DNA of 64,000 nt from Bryobacteraceae bacterium. Lineage in GTDB: Bacteria; Acidobacteriota; Terriglobia; Bryobacterales; Bryobacteraceae. This document shows, piece by piece, positions 62,627 to 64,000 of the stretch. Under the pieces are notes generated by a model. That model was not told the DNA's origin, ran no database searches, and saw nothing but the letters and a program-made list of their open reading frames with translations. Location of the stretch: positions 61,084-125,083 of the forward strand of contig CANGYQ010000014.1 in the NCBI GenBank assembly GCA_947458745.1. Direction: 5' to 3'. The position numbers were made by a program, and so were the translations under genes. The first letter of the stretch is position 1, and the number at the start of each line of letters is the position of its first letter.

Positions 62627-64000
62627 GCAAGGCCGCATTGTGCCTGGCCTTGCTCAGCCCGCTTCTCGCCCAACATACTGCCGTCCCGGCGCGCACCGGA
62701 GGATTCAGCCAGGCGCAGGCGCAGCGCGGCGAGAAGCAGTACGCGGCGCTGTGCAAGAACTGCCATGGATCCGATCTCGCCAACGGCGTGGCGCTACCGC
62801 TGGCGGGCGCGTCGTTCCTGGAGAATCGGGGGTCCAGGCAGCCCTACTGGCTTTGGCGCAACGTTCAGAGGATGCCTCCCGGCGGCGGTCTTCTTCCCGC
62901 CGGTCAGGCGCTCGACGTGACTGCTTACATCCTGCAGTATAACGGCCACGCGCCGGGTGACGAGGAGTTAAAGGAGGGCACGCCCTGGATGACGACCGCC
63001 ACGATAGTACCCCCCGCCGGTTCCAAGGGCCGGAACTTGACTCCTCCCGCTTTCATCCCCGGTGAGCCCAGCGCCACTCCGCGTCAGGGCGCCGGGCCAT
63101 CGCAAGCGGAGCTGAACAACGCTTACTCGTCGAAGAGCGATTGGCTGTATCACACGCACGACTATTCCGGAGCGAGGTTCGTGCAGTCGGCGCAAATCAC
63201 GCCGGCCAACGCAGCCCAACTGCGTGTGGCCTGCCTCTTTCAGTTCGGCGAACAGAGCAATTTTCAAACGGGGCCCATCGTCTATCAGGGGCGCATGTAT
63301 CTCACCGGACTCCGCACGACGGCGGCCATCGACGCACGCAACTGCGAATTGATCTGGAAGCACGAATGGGTGCCCCGCGCCAAGGAAGCCTGGCAATTCA
63401 ATCGGGGCGTGGCCATCAAGGATGGCTACCTGGTTCGCGGAACAGTGGATGGCTATTTGGTGGCGCTCAACATGGAATCTGGCAGCTTGATCTGGGCACG
63501 GCGTGTCGCCGACTCGAGCATCGGAGAAGCCTTCACGATGCCACCGGTGATCTTCGAAGACAAAATCATCGCCGGACCCGCCGTCAGCGAGGCTGGGATT
63601 TCCGGCTGGGTGGGAGCCTTCCGCCTCACCGACGGTACGCCGCTGTGGCGATTCAACACCGTACCAAAGGCGGGCGAGCCGGGGTCCGAAACGTGGAAGA
63701 ATCCGAACAACCTGGTGATCGGCGGAGGGGGCACCTGGACGCCCTACGCGCTCGATCAAGAGAAGGGCGAAGTGTTCGTTCCGGTGGCAAATCCGATTCC
63801 AGACTTTCAACCTCATCTCCGCGGGGGAGACAATCTCTATACGAACTCGGTGGTCGCGCTCAGTGCCCGCACGGGCAAACTGGTCTGGCATCGCCAGACC
63901 GTGCACCGGGATTCTCACGACTGGGATCTGACTCAGGCGGGCCCGCTTTATCAGGCCAACGTCGGCGGCAGAGATGTGAAGGTGGTGGTTTCCGCCGGCA
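62623..64000 (+). CDS. cytochrome c - PQQ-dependent dehydrogenase fusion (3' end outside window; not in the ORF track)
   Basis: Hand translation from ATG 62623, which overlaps the upstream stop (ATGA). Signal peptide MSKAALCLALLSPLLAQ, heme motif 'LCKNCHGSD', a Pro-rich linker, then propeller blades ('IVYQGRMYLTG', 'GYLVALNMESGSLIW', 'SVVALSARTGKLVW'). The frame stays open to 64000. Confidence 0.75.
   Translation, partial: MSKAALCLALLSPLLAQHTAVPARTGGFSQAQAQRGEKQYAALCKNCHGSDLANGVALPLAGASFLENRGSRQPYWLWRNVQRMPPGGGLLPAGQALDVTAYILQYNGHAPGDEELKEGTPWMTTATIVPPAGSKGRNLTPPAFIPGEPSATPRQGAGPSQAELNNAYSSKSDWLYHTHDYSGARFVQSAQITPANAAQLRVACLFQFGEQSNFQTGPIVYQGRMYLTGLRTTAAIDARNCELIWKHEWVPRAKEAWQFNRGVAIKDGYLVRGTVDGYLVALNMESGSLIWARRVADSSIGEAFTMPPVIFEDKIIAGPAVSEAGISGWVGAFRLTDGTPLWRFNTVPKAGEPGSETWKNPNNLVIGGGGTWTPYALDQEKGEVFVPVANPIPDFQPHLRGGDNLYTNSVVALSARTGKLVWHRQTVHRDSHDWDLTQAGPLYQANVGGRDVKVVVSAG

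Overview
High-GC bacterial chromosome segment. The gene content points to Acidobacteriota: VWFA-related VWA proteins, many giant CarboxypepD_reg/TonB-dependent-receptor-like outer-membrane proteins (OMPs), and PSCyt/DUF1553+DUF1501 and DUF1592+DUF1552 pairs. This is an inference; no search was run, and all domain calls are motif recognition by eye. (1) 1-27.5 kb is core-like: rhomboid fragment, VWA protein, response regulator, GH3, M23 peptidase, glgC, DAHP synthase, PfkB kinase, a PQQ dehydrogenase + cytochrome c operon, a GT4 operon, an OMP-VWA operon, a second OMP, D-aminoacylase. (2) tRNA-Lys(CTT) lies at 27.5 kb. It is followed by a tyrosine integrase, a 5'-truncated IS21 element and about 28 kb of GntR-controlled glycan-utilisation-like operons. 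These carry OMPs, a GH78-like enzyme and a six-hairpin GH, a BNR sialidase-like enzyme, two sulfatases and both DUF pairs. Four OMP genes in this stretch are damaged: one IS-truncated, one 5' remnant, two frameshifted. (3) 59.3-64 kb holds a tight six-gene same-strand cluster of uncharacterised membrane and periplasmic proteins. It ends in a cytochrome c-PQQ dehydrogenase fusion that runs off the window and is absent from the ORF track. Most notable signals: a 19-codon leader ORF with 7 aromatic codons plus an intrinsic terminator upstream of DAHP synthase (candidate attenuator); a twin AACTG-N6-CAGTT operator in a divergent control region; operon-level coupling of the DUF1552/DUF1592 and DUF1553/DUF1501 pairs to OMPs and glycan-degrading enzymes; and the terminal uncharacterised cluster. 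No CRISPR array, rRNA or reverse transcriptase was seen. Many long ORFs in the track are antisense shadows of real high-GC genes.
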